Notes: a model not told the origin generated them from the sequence alone. DNA of 63,840 bases, filler included, from Octopus bimaculoides (GCF_001194135.2; 6 parts of 6 records of this genome joined end to end with filler, not necessarily neighbours in it), one strand, 5' to 3'. Shown: positions 26,100 to 39,301, counted from the whole stretch's first letter. Translations and numbers: made by a program.

Positions 26100-26663
26100 G
26101 TGCATACCGACATCCACCTGTATCTATAGGTGCATATCTGGGTACAGGACATTGCAAACAAAACGTAGACGGGAAAACACACAAGCCACATAGAGAACAT
26201 TCTTCTTCATCAGCTATCCCCGTTTTAACACCGGCGTTTCGAAGAGCTGGGCAGGACGCATCGCTAAAACGGCTCTTCCCATGGACCGCAAGGGAAAAGA
26301 ACCGAGGTTCATGAACTCATCGATGAAAATCCATTGTCACATATAATTGAATTTTTACCTGTAAATTTGGATTTTTATCCCTAATAATATTATATATTAC
26401 GGAGATGCACTTGCATAGCAAGTGACCTGATCTGAGATCGTGTGCTGGAACGAAAACAATTGCAGCGTGGAAGGTGTTTATAAGCCATTTAAAATAACAC
26501 ACAAAATCCGTTAGATTCACTTCAACATTTAAATTTAATTTGTCAAAATATTTTCGTCGCTTTGAGACCGCGACCTGTTCACTGACAAAATTCTGTGCAG
26601 CACAGAATCTAACGGATTTTGTGTGTTATTTTAAATGGCTTATAAACACCTTCCACGCTGCAA
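26100..26663 (-). mobile_element. Penelope-like element terminal-repeat (pseudo-LTR) fragment with inverted tail
   Basis: Contains a hammerhead fold and a perfect 59-bp inverted duplication (26460-26518 and 26605-26663). 26455-26600 recurs at 55370-55520. PLE assignment is inferred from this architecture; no RT is visible. Confidence 0.6.
26539..26589 (-). ncRNA. Minimal type I hammerhead ribozyme fold with G3:C8 variant core
   Basis: Minus strand reads UUUGUCA-GUGAACA-G-GUCGC(GGUCUCAAA)GCGAC-GAA-AAUAUU-U-UGACAAA: 7-bp stem I, 5-bp stem II and a palindromic 6-nt stem III. Confidence 0.62.
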
Positions 26664-26677
26664 ATATTATGTATATA

Positions 26678-27180
26678 TAGGTGAAAGCGTGGCAGCATTG
26701 TAAGGAGCTTGTTTCCCAACCACATGGTTCGAGGTCCAGACCTATTGCTTGGCACCTTGGGAAAGTGTCTTCTGCTATAGCATCAGTCTGTTGAAATCCT
26801 TAACAGTAAATTTGCTAGACGGAATCTCAAAGAAGCCCGTCGTATATATCTATGTGTGTGTGTGTGTGTGAATGGGTATGTTTGTTTCTGTGTATGTGTG
26901 CGTGCGTGCGTGCGTGTGCGTGTGTGCATGCGTGTTTGTGTATGTTGGTGTTTGAGTTTGCCCCACCCCCTCGCCAGCGCCGATCGACAAACGGTGCTGG
27001 GCTTTTTACGTCCTTGCAACTTAGCGCTTCGGCAAAAGTGACCAATAGACCAATAGAATAAGCACTAGGCGTTTAACGAACAAGTACTAATTTTAATATA
27101 TTCGACTAGATATGCTTCCAGGTGGTACCCCAGCATGGCCTCACTCTAGTGATTGAAACAAGTAAATGATAAAAGATAAA
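26678..27180 (+). mobile_element. SINE family A
   Basis: Head with ggttcgaggtcc B-box-like motif, internal (TG)/(TGCG)n and family tail. Confidence 0.8.
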
Positions 27181-28504
27181 TGATTATATATGATTATATA
27201 TATCAATTTGAAAAACCTACACGACTAGGTGAAAATCGCATCATTTAATATGTGACATTAATAAAAATCTGTAAATGTACAAACATCCAGGTTTCTGAGT
27301 ACCTTAATTATATATATATCTATATATATATATATNNNNNNNNNNNNNNNNNNNNNNNNNNNNNNNNNNNNNNNNNNNNNNNNNNNNNNNNNNNNNNNNN
27401 NNNNNNNNNNNNNNNNNNNNNNNNNNNNNNNNNNNNNNNNNNNNNNNNNNNNNNNNNNNNNNNNNNNNNNNNNNNNNNNNNNNNNNNNNNNNNNNNNNNN
27501 NNNNNNNNNNNNNNNNNNNNNNNNNNNNNNNNNNNNNNNNNNNNNNNNNNNNNNNNTTTGTGTTATATTTCTCAACAAGTTATGATGTTTAAATGAAGAA
27601 TAAAATCTTTCTTGATCGGTATAACCTAAGTATTACTTATTAGAAGATTACCAGCAGTTTCACGCAAGAAACATATCTTTAGTGGATCCCGAAGAAAAAT
27701 ATCATTCAGTCATCAGACATCTCAAAATAACAAATGAATTTTCCAATGCGAATACTCCGTCAATTCTTGAGTAAAATCAGAAATACTGATGACAAAAAAA
27801 AAAAAAAAATGAGAGTACTTAACGCTGTAGTTGCCATCACTTCTACTAAATTGTCTACAGATAGATAAAGTTCAAAATGGCCCAAAACTATTTTGCAAGG
27901 TAGAAATGATCGCACATGTGTAATACCGTAGTTTTCTTTGCAGCTTCCTGAGACTGTAGAAGCTGATTTTTCATTTTTTATATAAATTATAGATTTCATG
28001 ATTCTCTTAAAACTTCCAGCAATTTTATAGATATTTATCTATGATTTTATTTATTTATTTAATAACCGCACTAAGATTATTAAAACTTTGCCAACATACA
28101 GTAGCAGAATAATATTCTATACGTCTTCGATTTTATTCTTTAGTTCAGATTGCTCACTTCTTGACGTAAATTATGAATTAACAGATAACAATGCTGAAAA
28201 TAGAAGACATGATAATATAGCTTTCATACAGATTCTTCAGAGTGCTCAGTCAATAATATCTACATAGACTTTTATGGCATTTCAAGAATAAAAAGCTTCA
28301 AAGAAATGTACAATTCCATCTTTAAATTTTCAAAATAACCGCGATATTTCCTTCACTCATTTTGCGAAATTTTGAATGTCATTTATTTTGGGAAACAGCT
28401 GCTAAATCTCGTACAAATCACACCCAAAACCCCTACAACATTGGTGACAGAAAACGGCAGGAGGTGGAAATGGAGTAATATTGGAAATATATAGAAAAAC
28501 ACAC

Positions 28505-28720
28505 AGGGCAAGATGGCAGGATCTTTAGCATGTAGTGCAAATGTTTAGCGGCATTTCGTCTTTCTTTAAGTTCTGAGTTCAAATTCCATCGAGGGCGACT
28601 TTATCTTTCCTCCTTTCTGGGTCGATAAAATAGATACCAGTTGAGCATTAGGATCGATGTAATTGAACTACGCCCTTCCCCGAAATTGATGGTCTTGAGC
28701 CAAAATTTGAAACCAATGTA
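28505..28720 (+). mobile_element. SINE family B
   Basis: ttctgagttcaaattcc...gtcgataaaatagataccagttgagca core. Confidence 0.7.
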
Positions 28721-28920
28721 TAGAAACACACGTCTATGGGCAGGAGTTGTAGTTTTAGTAAGAAAAAGAAAAATACGAATTCCAAGATAGGTGTACATGT
28801 CAGCAAACTCTTTCCTTATTCAGTTTCTCTTTAAATCCCTCTCCCCTCTCTCTCAATCTCACTTCATCTATGTTACTTAATCCCTTATTTCTTTCTACCT
28901 TGCTATTCCAAAGAGAAAGA

Positions 28921-28923
<3 letters not shown>

Positions 28924-28980
<57 letters not shown>
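28924..28980. repeat. (GA)n microsatellite
   Basis: Direct reading. Confidence 0.95.
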
Positions 28981-28985
<5 letters not shown>

Positions 28986-29913
28986 ACTAATGTAGAGACC
29001 TCTTAGGCGTAAAAGCCTGAATAAGATCAAGGACGAAATTTCTTCGTGATCATCTTGGTACGCCTGGATTCGCTCATTATTTGTAATTAGAGAAGTAAAT
29101 AATTTATATACACACAATTACACACATATACGCACACATTTGTGTGTGTGTGTGTGTGTGTGTATGTATACATGTGTATGATTATATATATATGTACAGA
29201 TGTGAGCGCGTGCGTGTGCATATCAGTTTGTGTGTTGTAAGATCAAGAAGAACAAGCCTAATCTACTTTGTATATGCTTGAAGAGCATATACAAAGCTTA
29301 GGCCTTTCTACTCTTTAAATCTCTCCCTTGTAACTATTGATGGATTTATATTCAATGGATATTTATATTGGTATTACGCTTCTCATTTAAAACTAATGTC
29401 ATTTAAATCAAAATTATATGCAGCTACAAAAATCAGATATGATGCGAATATAATTTTCCTTAAAAGAGGAAACTGCACTCAAAGAGTAGAAATGCGTGTG
29501 CTGAATAATAAAATAGGTCTTTAAATAGATACAGAAGAACTTTTAGCTTGTCAATATTTATTTTTAAGCTTGTATAAAGAGAATAATAATTTTACATCAC
29601 CCACTTCTTTTTTTACGCAAAGACAATGAATTTGGGTATAGCGCACTGACAACAAAAAGTGAGGGTTCTGCCTTGAGCTAAATAAGATGTTCACGCGCAA
29701 GATGCTTGAAGCGACTTTTACCATAAACAGTCGCTACAAATATGAAGACGTAATCAATAATTTCAAGATACAAGTCTTCACAGATAAAGATGTACTTGGA
29801 GGCAAAGAAAAGGCAAACCGAAATCTTTCACTACAAAGATTATGAACCTGATCTGCCCTATATTTTTGGCAAGTGAAATTCATTTCATCTGATTCCATTC
29901 CTTCCTATATACA

Positions 29914-29959
<46 letters not shown>

Positions 29960-30673
29960 NNNNNNNNNNNNNNNNNNNNNNNNNNNNNNNNNNNNNNNNN
30001 NNNNNNNNNNNNNNNNNNNNNNNNNNNNNNNNNNNNNNNNNNNNNNNNNNNNNNNNNNNNNNNNNNNNNNNNNNNNNNNNNNNNNNNNNNNNNNNNNNNN
30101 NNNNNNNNNNNNNNNNNNNNNNNNNNNNNNNNNNNNNNNNNNNNNNNNNNNNNNNNNNNNNNNNNNNNNNATATATATATATATATATGTGTGTGTGTGT
30201 ATGTATGTATAAATATATTCCCTTTAAATATGTCCAATAGCTGCACTGAAGAGAATTGACTCGTTGAAGCACGTATGTATATTTATAAAAAAAGCTCTTT
30301 AAATACATATAAAATAATTTAATCTTGTCATGATTTGTTTTTCAACTTGTGTAAACATGAACGAAATTAGTTTCTTTTTCACACTGCCTACTTTATTCTT
30401 TACAATATGTGCATGTGTTTGCATGTATATGTGTCTTGTATATGAAGGGACTACATAAACCAACCACAGCACAATATAAACTTAGAAATGTCAAGGGTGG
30501 GATAATGAGTGTAGCAGTATAACAGTTAAACCATAGATGTAAAACTGGGTACTTCTACTTCGTTTAAATTTTTCCTATATCTGAGCTTGATTTTACAAAC
30601 TTAACAAACCAAAGTCAATACATAGAGCATGTTTTTAGTAGCCGAATAGCTACAGTGACAGCAGTTTCTTTTA

Positions 30674-30761
<88 letters not shown>

Positions 30762-30769
30762 ATCTCCCA

Positions 30770-31730
30770 TTGGTGGAATAAGTGCAAGAAACATCAGATA
30801 TGCTTTGCGCCATGCAGGAAGCCAAGGAGCAACTCTGAGGTTTTGGAAACTAAATCTAAATCCATTGCACTACTGAAAGCTCTTCCGTATCATCAGCAGG
30901 TATTTCAGTGTCACAAGCTTATTGCCACGTAACCGTGGCGTGGAGAACTGATCTAATCTTCACCTACGGAAGGGTTCTACTTGTGACCGCTTATCAATCA
31001 TAGCAACTTTGTGTTAGTTTCAGTTGCCAAGCCTAGCACCATGGAGGATCGCTTTAGTTGTTTGGGTTCCATACTAGACTTTTGCAGGAAATAGAGCAGT
31101 GATGCAGCTGAAAAAGCTCGGCAGCCGACTTCAATGGGAATTGAGGCCGTATGCCATCACTTGACAAGATCGCTGTCAAGTAAGTTCTGATATTTCATTT
31201 TCTTTACTTGGCGGGAGTTATCAAGTCTTTCCTTCAAGGGTACTCTGAGTTCGACCACGATGATTATTTTTATATTCCTAGGAAGCAGGAACGTGTCCGG
31301 TCGAACTGATGCTAACATTATCCACCCCACTCCTTGAGAAGACAGTCAACTTCCATCTCCAAATCTGAGGCTGAAGACAAAATACAAGACGGGTACCCTA
31401 CAAATGCTTTCGCTTAAGAAGCATTGTTGCTTTCCTTTAAGAATCTTATACCCTTTGGTGGTAGTGACTGGTGTTTATTAGCCTTCATCTTTTGAAGATC
31501 AATCTACCTAGCAACTTTCTCATGAACCTTGTCGTTTCTCCACTTGTTTCGCCCTGCTTCCAGTCCCTGGATCAAAATATGATTCATGGAGCAAAGACTT
31601 GCTTCACACTGCTTGCATTTCTTCCATTAGAGTCATGACAAAGTGAGTGCATGTAGGAAACCTTCTGTGATTTCGAATTATATATTGCTCGTCACCATTC
31701 GCTCTGTGCGAACAGTTTTTGAGAGAAAAC
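30770..31730 (-). mobile_element. HERO-like (RLE-endonuclease) non-LTR retrotransposon, 3' remnant
   Basis: Minus strand gives CKQC...NHIL...GRNKWRNDKV (31617 downward), ILSSASDLEMEVD, RPDTFLLPRNIKIIIVVELRVPLKE, KKMKYQNL and IPIEVGCRAF, i.e. a CCHC motif plus a PD-(D/E)xK-type endonuclease. Stop at 30977-30979; frameshifted. Confidence 0.82.
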
Positions 31731-32344
31731 CAACTCAAAACTGAACAGAAAATACATCATAAATAAACTTCAAAGATGACACCAAATCTAATTGAAATTT
31801 CTATTCTGAAATTACGTCATAGAATAAAACGTCATAGTTTGCACAGTAGTAATATATGAGTGATAATCACTTTGTATTTCATTTTGGAGCAAAACTTTCA
31901 TTTTTATACAAGACAAGTATATATCATTTATGGTTGGCAAGAGGTTAGTGACATCATGTAGGATATATATATATATATTTATCATTACCATATATATATC
32001 ATTATGTATATATATATATCCTTCTCGTTGATATTGTATTTTTCACTTTTTAGTTCATATTGTATTACTAGGAGCTAAAATGTATCAACATTCTTACTAT
32101 ATTGAATTTATATTCTCGTTTCTAAATGTAATATTTCCTTATTAATGTATCCTTTAAATATATAACTGGAACCCAATATACGTATATTTATTAACCTAGA
32201 AAAGATGCAACGCTAAGGCGATTTGAGAGCGATTTAAATTCAGAATTGAAATGGGACAAGTAAATTATCTCTAGCTTTTTATGTACAATTTTAACTTGAG
32301 ACGTGTTAGTGCTATTCAAACTCTCTGATATATATTTAATTATT

Positions 32345-32544
32345 TATTTGTGTGTCTGTATATATATATATGTACATACCCATATATAAGCATATATAAA
32401 TACATATGTCTTTATATACATGCATACACATGTATATATACATGCATACACATATACATACATATGCATATACACACACATATATACGTACATAATTAAA
32501 CACACGCACACATACAAACGTACATACATACTTATATACATATA

Positions 32545-32578
<34 letters not shown>

Positions 32579-33015
32579 NNNNNNNNNNNNNNNNNNNNNN
32601 NNNNNNNNNNNNNNNNNNNNNNNNNNNNNNNNNNNNNNNNNNNNNNNNNNNNNNNNNNNNNNNNNNNNNNNNNNNNNNNNNNNNNNNNNNNNNNNNNNNN
32701 NNNNNNNNNNNNNNNNNNNNNNNNNNNNNNNNNNNNNNNNNNNNNNNNNNNNNNNNNNNNNNNNNNNNNNNNNNNNNNNNNNNNNNNNNNNNNNNNNNNN
32801 NNNNNNNNNNNNNNNNNNNNNNNNNNNNNNNNNNNNNNNNNNNNNNNNNNNNNNNNNNNNNNNNNNNNNNNNNNNNNNNNNNNNNNNNNNNNNNNNNNNN
32901 NNNNNNNNNNNNNNNNNNNNNNNNNNNNNNNNNNNNNNNNNNNNNNNNNNNNNNNNNNNNNNNNNNNNNNNNNNNNNNNNNNNNNNNNNNNNNNNNNATA
33001 TATATATATATATAA
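32345..33015. repeat. Compound (TA)/(CA)/(TACA) microsatellite spanning a gap
   Basis: Direct reading. Confidence 0.9.
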
Positions 33016-33624
33016 ATTTCATAGTAATATCGATTACAGTTTCCATGTACGGAACGAAAATCTTGGTCTAGCAGTATATCAATGATTTACTTTCGGAGCA
33101 ACGCATAAACCCCGTTACATCCAAAAAAACATTCATTTACATACATTTACATACATATATACACCGATAGACATACACGTACTCGTAAACACGAAGGAAA
33201 GCATAAAAAATTGACAGCTCCCCCACGTAGCGCTAACGACACAGAACGCCACCTGTTATGACTTTGGAACAACACAGCTGTTATATTCAGTACAAGGTTT
33301 GGCAGCTTCAGTTGTGGCATGGTTCTCCAGGGACTACTCAATATTCTGGCAGATGAAATCGTTGATCGCTTCCTAAATGTTTGTCCGTTTGTCCCTCTAT
33401 TTCATATCTATCTAGTTATTTAACTAGACACTTATCTACCAACCGATTTACCTATACATTTACCTCCCTAATTATCTGCATTAGTATATTTATTTTCTTT
33501 CTCTTATTTCTTCCTAATTAAGCATTCATCACCTCATTCACTATTCGATCGTCCCTATTTCATTTCCAACTATCCGCTCACTATCTCTTTCGCTCTATCT
33601 TTCTGCCCTCTCCCTCACTCACAT

Positions 33625-33647
33625 TCTCTTTCTCTCTCTCTCTCTCC

Positions 33648-33742
<95 letters not shown>

Positions 33743-34298
33743 GGTCTTTTTTTGGCTGTGTATGTGCATGTTTAGATAAATAGATGAATAGATAGAGGAA
33801 ATAAGCAGACGATCACACACACACACACACAGACACACACGTACGCACGCGTACATTCACACACAGACACACACACACAAACACACACACGTACAGAGCT
33901 CAGTTGCAAACAACTACAATAGGACCAAATGGAACAAATATAAGAAATTCGCGTTTATGGTAATTTCTCATGTTTGTATGTATTCATGTATGTATGTATG
34001 TATGTATGCATGCATGCATGTATGTATGTATATATGTATGTATGTATGGTTGTTTGTATGCATGTATGCATGTATGTATGTATGTATGCATGCATGCATG
34101 CATGTTTGTATGTATGTATATTTGTATGTATGTATGTATGGTTGTATGTATGTATGCATGCATCTATGTGTGTATGTATGTATGTATGTATATCTGTATG
34201 TATATTTGTATGTATGGTTGCGTTTATGGTAATTTCTCATATGTTTGTATGTATTCATGTATGTATGTATGCATGCATGCATGTATGTATGTATGTAT
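33625..34298. repeat. (CT)n, (CA)n and degenerate (TATG)n arrays
   Basis: Direct reading. The spacer gcgtttatggtaatttctcat occurs at ~33951 and ~34220, indicating block duplication. Confidence 0.9.
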
Positions 34299-34540
34299 NN
34301 NNNNNNNNNNNNNNNNNNNNNNNNNNNNNNNNNNNNNNNNNNNNNNNNNNNNNNNNNNNNNNNNNNNNNNNNNNNNNNNNNNNNNNNNNNNNNNNNNNNN
34401 NNNNNNNNNNNNNNNNNNNNNNNNNNNNNNNNNNNNNNNNNNNNNNNNNNNNNNNNNNNNNNNNNNNNNNNNNNNNNNNNNNNNNNNNNNNNNNNNNNNN
34501 NNNNNNNNNNNNNNNNNNNNNNNNNNNNNNNNNNNNNNNN

Positions 34541-34870
34541 ATAGGATCGCGATTTCGATTCCCAGACCGGGCGTTGTGAGTGTTTATTGAGCGAAAACAC
34601 CTAAAATCCCACGAGGCTCCGGCAGGGGATGGTAGCGAACCCTGCTGTACTCTTTCACCACAACTTTCTCTTACTTCCTGTTTCTGTTGTGCCTGTAATT
34701 CAAAGGGTCAGCCTTGTCACACTGTGAATATCCCTGAGAACTACGTTAAGGGTACACGTGTCTGTGGAGTGCTCAGCCACTTGCACGTTAATTTCACGAG
34801 CAGGCTGTTCCGTTGATCGGATCAACTGGAACCCTAGACGTCGTAAGCGACGGAGTGCCAACAACAAACA
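34541..34870 (+). mobile_element. SINE sharing the family C 3' half
   Basis: cctgtaattcaaaggg...agccacttgcacgttaatttcacgagcaggctgttcc matches 21470-21640; the head (gcgatttcgattccc) differs. Confidence 0.7.
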
Positions 34871-35905
34871 ACCAGTCATGTATGTATGTATATGCGTGTC
34901 TAAGTGTGTATGTATCTATATGTACGTATGCATGTATAGATGTGAAATTGAAGGCAAATGACGGATGAGTTTTATGTGTAATCCAATGATATCACGTTGT
35001 CAGACGCTGACGCTCATTCTTCTGAGAATTAAATTAAACGTAGAAGTGTTTCTAGAATACTCTGATGCTCCATTGGTTATTACGAAAACTAAGTCATTTA
35101 GTTGAGAAAATTAAAAGTCCAGTGTGCCTGAGTATTTCGCAGACACGACTATACTTTAATGCAACACTTCGGAGAGACTCCTAAACGCTAACCGTGCACG
35201 CAACTTCACCCACAATGTTTGCTTTGAAAGGAGGATTTAATAAAAAGGAAAAGTTCTATGATAATGCCAAGCAGAGAAACCGAACCAAGAATTTAGAGAT
35301 TACAAAGCGAAATTCTCATCCATTCGGCTGTTGTCAGCCATCTGTCTGCCAACAAAAGTTTATATTCACTTATCCCCTAGTCAATATTACTATTTTCTTC
35401 TATACTTTAGCAAATAATTATCGCCAAATGTACACAGGGTTTCTTATCTATGTGTTATATTCTATATTTATTTATCAATGTGTACTTACGTCATTCTCTC
35501 CATCTGCCTCGCTGTTAGTCGATATATTATCTAATTTCAGTATACGACTATCTACTGTCCACCAACAATGTCTTTACTTGACATCTGTTCACATTTTTAA
35601 ATACATTCATTCACCTTTTTTTTCTTTTCTTTTTTTTGGGTTTTTTTTTTTTTTTTTAGTCTCTTCATGTATTTATAGAAAAAGCAGATAAGTGTTCTCG
35701 TGTCTAGGGAAATCCGAATTATGAAAGCATGCGTCAACGTATGCACATCAAATCGTTTTTCTGTGCGCATGCAGTTGTGTATAGATATGACGGACTCTCC
35801 CATCGAAGACGACGTATGAGGGTTCAGCTATAGGCAAACGACCTGCACAAATGACATACACACACAAACGCATTCACTCACACACACAAACACAAACATA
35901 TATAC

Positions 35906-36545
35906 GAGGCCCAGACATGGCTGTGTGGTAAGAAGCTTGCTTCCCAACCATATCGTTCTGGGTTCAATCCCACAGCGTAGTAGCTTTGGCGAGTGTCATC
36001 TGTTATAGCCTCAGGCGAATCAATGACCATGTGAATGGATTTGGTGGACGGAAATTGAGAGAAGCCTGTCGTATATATCTGTTTGTGAGAATGTATATGT
36101 CTGTGTAATATTCTGCCAGGCGTGCTACCATTTCTTATTTCTTTATTACCCACAAGGGGCTAAACATAGGGGAGACAAACAAGGACAGACAAGCGGATTA
36201 AGTCGATTACATCGACTCCAGTGCGTTACTGGTACTTAATTTATTGACCCCGAAATGATGAAAGGCAAAGTCGACCTCGGTGGAATTTGAAATCAGAACG
36301 AAATACCGCTAAGTATTCCGCCCGGCATGCTACCATTTCTTTATTGCCCATAAGGAGCTAAACATAGAGGGGACAAAAAGGACAGACAAAAGGATTAAGT
36401 CGATTACATCGAACCCAGTGCGTACCTGGTACTTAATTTATCGACCCCGAAATGATAAAAAGCAAAGTCGACCTCGGCGGAATTTGAACTCAGAACGAAA
36501 CACCGATAAGTATAACGCCCGGCGTACTACCATTTCTGCCAGCTC
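35906..36545. mobile_element. SINE cluster: family A head (+) followed by two tandem family B copies (-)
   Basis: catggctgtgtggtaagaagcttgc head; gtcgattacatcga...aaagtcgacctcgg repeated at ~36200-36300 and ~36400-36500. Confidence 0.75.
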
Positions 36546-37059
36546 ACCGACTTACAAATGTTTCGTTTATAAGTGATCCAATGTATGTACTGTACATAAG
36601 CTCATTGTCTCTATCAAAATGACGTTGTCTGAACAGGTGTACTGTGTGGCACGCTCTAAGTGTCGAAGTGAACGCAGAGCGACGTGATATGATGTGTTTT
36701 GCTCCAGAACATAACGTATCACCCGGTCTAGGAATTGAAATCGCAATCACACCTGTTCAGGCCATGTCAATTTAATAGCAAACAAACCACCTGTGCAGCA
36801 AGGAATTGAGGAATTGTCTTTCTAGGACTCGAGCGACAGTGAAAAAGATATTTGATACCATAATTTGAAAATTTGTTGAATACGATGTAGAGCTAGAGGC
36901 CACTGGTACAATATAGTTTTCGCTATTTTGATTAATTTGACCTTTTGCAAGCCTGGGAATCGCTTCGGAGTAATGGTTAATACAGGTGTGCCGTATATAG
37001 TACATGTGGAGTTTCAATGTTAAATTTATTGGATATTTTCCGTTGAATACATATTTCAA

Positions 37060-37116
<57 letters not shown>

Positions 37117-37196
37117 NNNNNNNNNNNNNNNNNATATATATCAATATACACACACATACACACACCCACACACACGTCTGTGCATGTATGTTTGTT

Positions 37197-37242
<46 letters not shown>

Positions 37243-37260
37243 TATATATGTAGGTATATA

Positions 37261-38027
37261 CTGGGTGCAGTGAATAAACTGTCGTCTAAATTACGCAAAA
37301 ATGAAAATAACACTGACATCTCATTTAAACATATATTTACGAAAGTTTTATAAAAATATCTATAAATACTAAAGAGTAAATTTAGTCAATAAAATCGCCT
37401 TCAGATCATCTTTGCTGTTACAAGGAGTTTTGTTGGTCTCTTGCTCAAATGCGCCCTACACATAATAACCTGTGGAATTAGGTCGCCAGACATTAGGAGT
37501 GATGTGGTCGCAGAAATTGTCTGACAGCCATGACTGGGTTCCCTTGCCTGTGTGACATGGCGCAGTGTCCTGTTTCCAGATATAGTAGTGTCTTCCAGCA
37601 GACACCCTATTAGCCCAGGGCAGCACTACCTCCTCCAGGCACTTGATGTAGGCCTCTGTGTTGAGTCTGAGGCCGTGTGAGTAGATGAATGGAAGCATAA
37701 CGTCGCCATCACTAGTGAACACTCCAAACACCATGATGTTGACTGGATGTTCGATTTTTGTCACTCTTGGTACATGTCCTCAGATTGTACTCTCCTCAGA
37801 TAGACACCCAAACGCTGAAACGTTCGTATTGAAATTTCTGGCGCGAATGCCAAGCACTACAGCATGTCCTTTCCAAATATCCGGCAGGGTGAATTGCCTC
37901 ATGGTGATATTTTTCTCAAAGTGCCCAACGGGCCCTACTAAACTGTGTAGTCGACAAAAGCAAAAACGAACAATGCGCATGCGCTAAATGAAAATATAAA
38001 ATGGCGAGATTTTACTCATCGCAAACT
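37261..38027 (-). mobile_element. Internally deleted second copy of the DD37D (maT-type) transposon
   Basis: Both termini match 9001-10263. The N-terminus MRQFTLPDIWKGHAVVLGI joins almost directly to VPRVTKIEHPVNIMVFGV...WKQDTAPCH...PNVWRPNS. Confidence 0.88.
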
Positions 38028-38698
38028 ATATATATATATATATATATATATNNNNNNNNNNNNNNNNNNNNNNNNNNNNNNNNNNNNNNNNNNNNNNNNN
38101 NNNNNNNNNNNNNNNNNNNNNNNNNNNNNNNNNNNNNNNNNNNNNNNNNNNNNNNNNNNNNNNNNNNNNNNNNNNNNNNNNNNNNNNNNNNNNNNNNNNN
38201 NNNNNNNNNNNNNNNNNNNNNNNNNNNNNNNNNNNNNNNNNNNNNNNNNNNNNNNNNNNNNNNNNNNNNNNNNNNNNNNNNNNNNNNNNNNNNNNNNNNN
38301 NNNNNNNNNNNNNNNNNNNNNNNNNNNNNNNNNNNNNNNNNNNNNNNNNNNNNNNNNNNNNNNNNNNNNNNNNNNNNNNNNNNNNNNNNNNNNNNNNNNN
38401 NNNNNNNNNNNNNNNNNNNNNNNNNNNNNNNNNNNNNNNNNNNNNNNNNNNNNNNNNNNNNNNNNNNNNNNNNNNNNNNNNNNNNNNNNNNNNNNNNNNN
38501 NNNNNNNNNNNNNNNNNNNNNNNNNNNNNNNNNNNNNNNNNNNNNNNNNNNNNNNNNNNNNNNNNNNNNNNNNNNNNNNNNNNNNNNNNNNNNNNNNNNN
38601 NNNNNNNNNNNNNNNNNNNNNNNNNNNNNNNNNNNNNNNNNNNNNNNNNNNNNNNNNNNNNNNNNNNNNNNNNNNNNNNNNNNNNNNNNNNNNNNNNN

Positions 38699-38739
<41 letters not shown>

Positions 38740-39263
38740 AGTTAAAAGCATATATATTTACACTTGTAAGCGAGCGTGCGTAAATTTATACGTTTCTAAA
38801 TAGATCGATATTGGTAGTATCTTTACAACTTGTGATTATACCTCAACATATAAGCAACTATCAGAGATACGTCGACAAAGGAATATTCTCTGACATACCA
38901 ACAAGTTTCTAGCCATATCTATTGCTTTCGACAAGATATGTCAACTGTTGAAGAGCCCAAAGCAGACCATATCGCAGAGCAGACCATATCGCAGACACAG
39001 AGCATAAGTCTTCATTACACTACTCCATTATCACTATTCAAGAAAACAACACCCACATGTTCCACGCATTAATGTCAATGTATATATAAATATTATACAT
39101 GTATATATTCGTGTATGTCTATGTGCATACATACACATACATCTACTAATGTATATATATGTGTGTGTGTTTGTGCGTGTGTGTGTGTTTGTGTGTGTGC
39201 GTGTGTTACCTTTCACTGGTTTTAGACCATGGACTGCGGCCAGATTGAGACATATATCTATAT

Positions 39264-39301
<38 letters not shown>

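Noticed and set aside
26221-26282. HDV-like ribozyme reading of the pseudoknot
   Set aside because: No P3 adjacent to P1, no P1.1 GG and no catalytic C-containing J4/2 on either strand.
33957-34600. MYVC/YIYI/THTH/SLSL and homopolymer ORFs throughout the window
   Set aside because: Translations of microsatellites.
35194-35691. 165-codon plus-strand ORF
   Set aside because: GTG start, no recognisable motif, and it ends in a poly-T tract encoding Phe; no splice or homology support, though its length is somewhat unusual.
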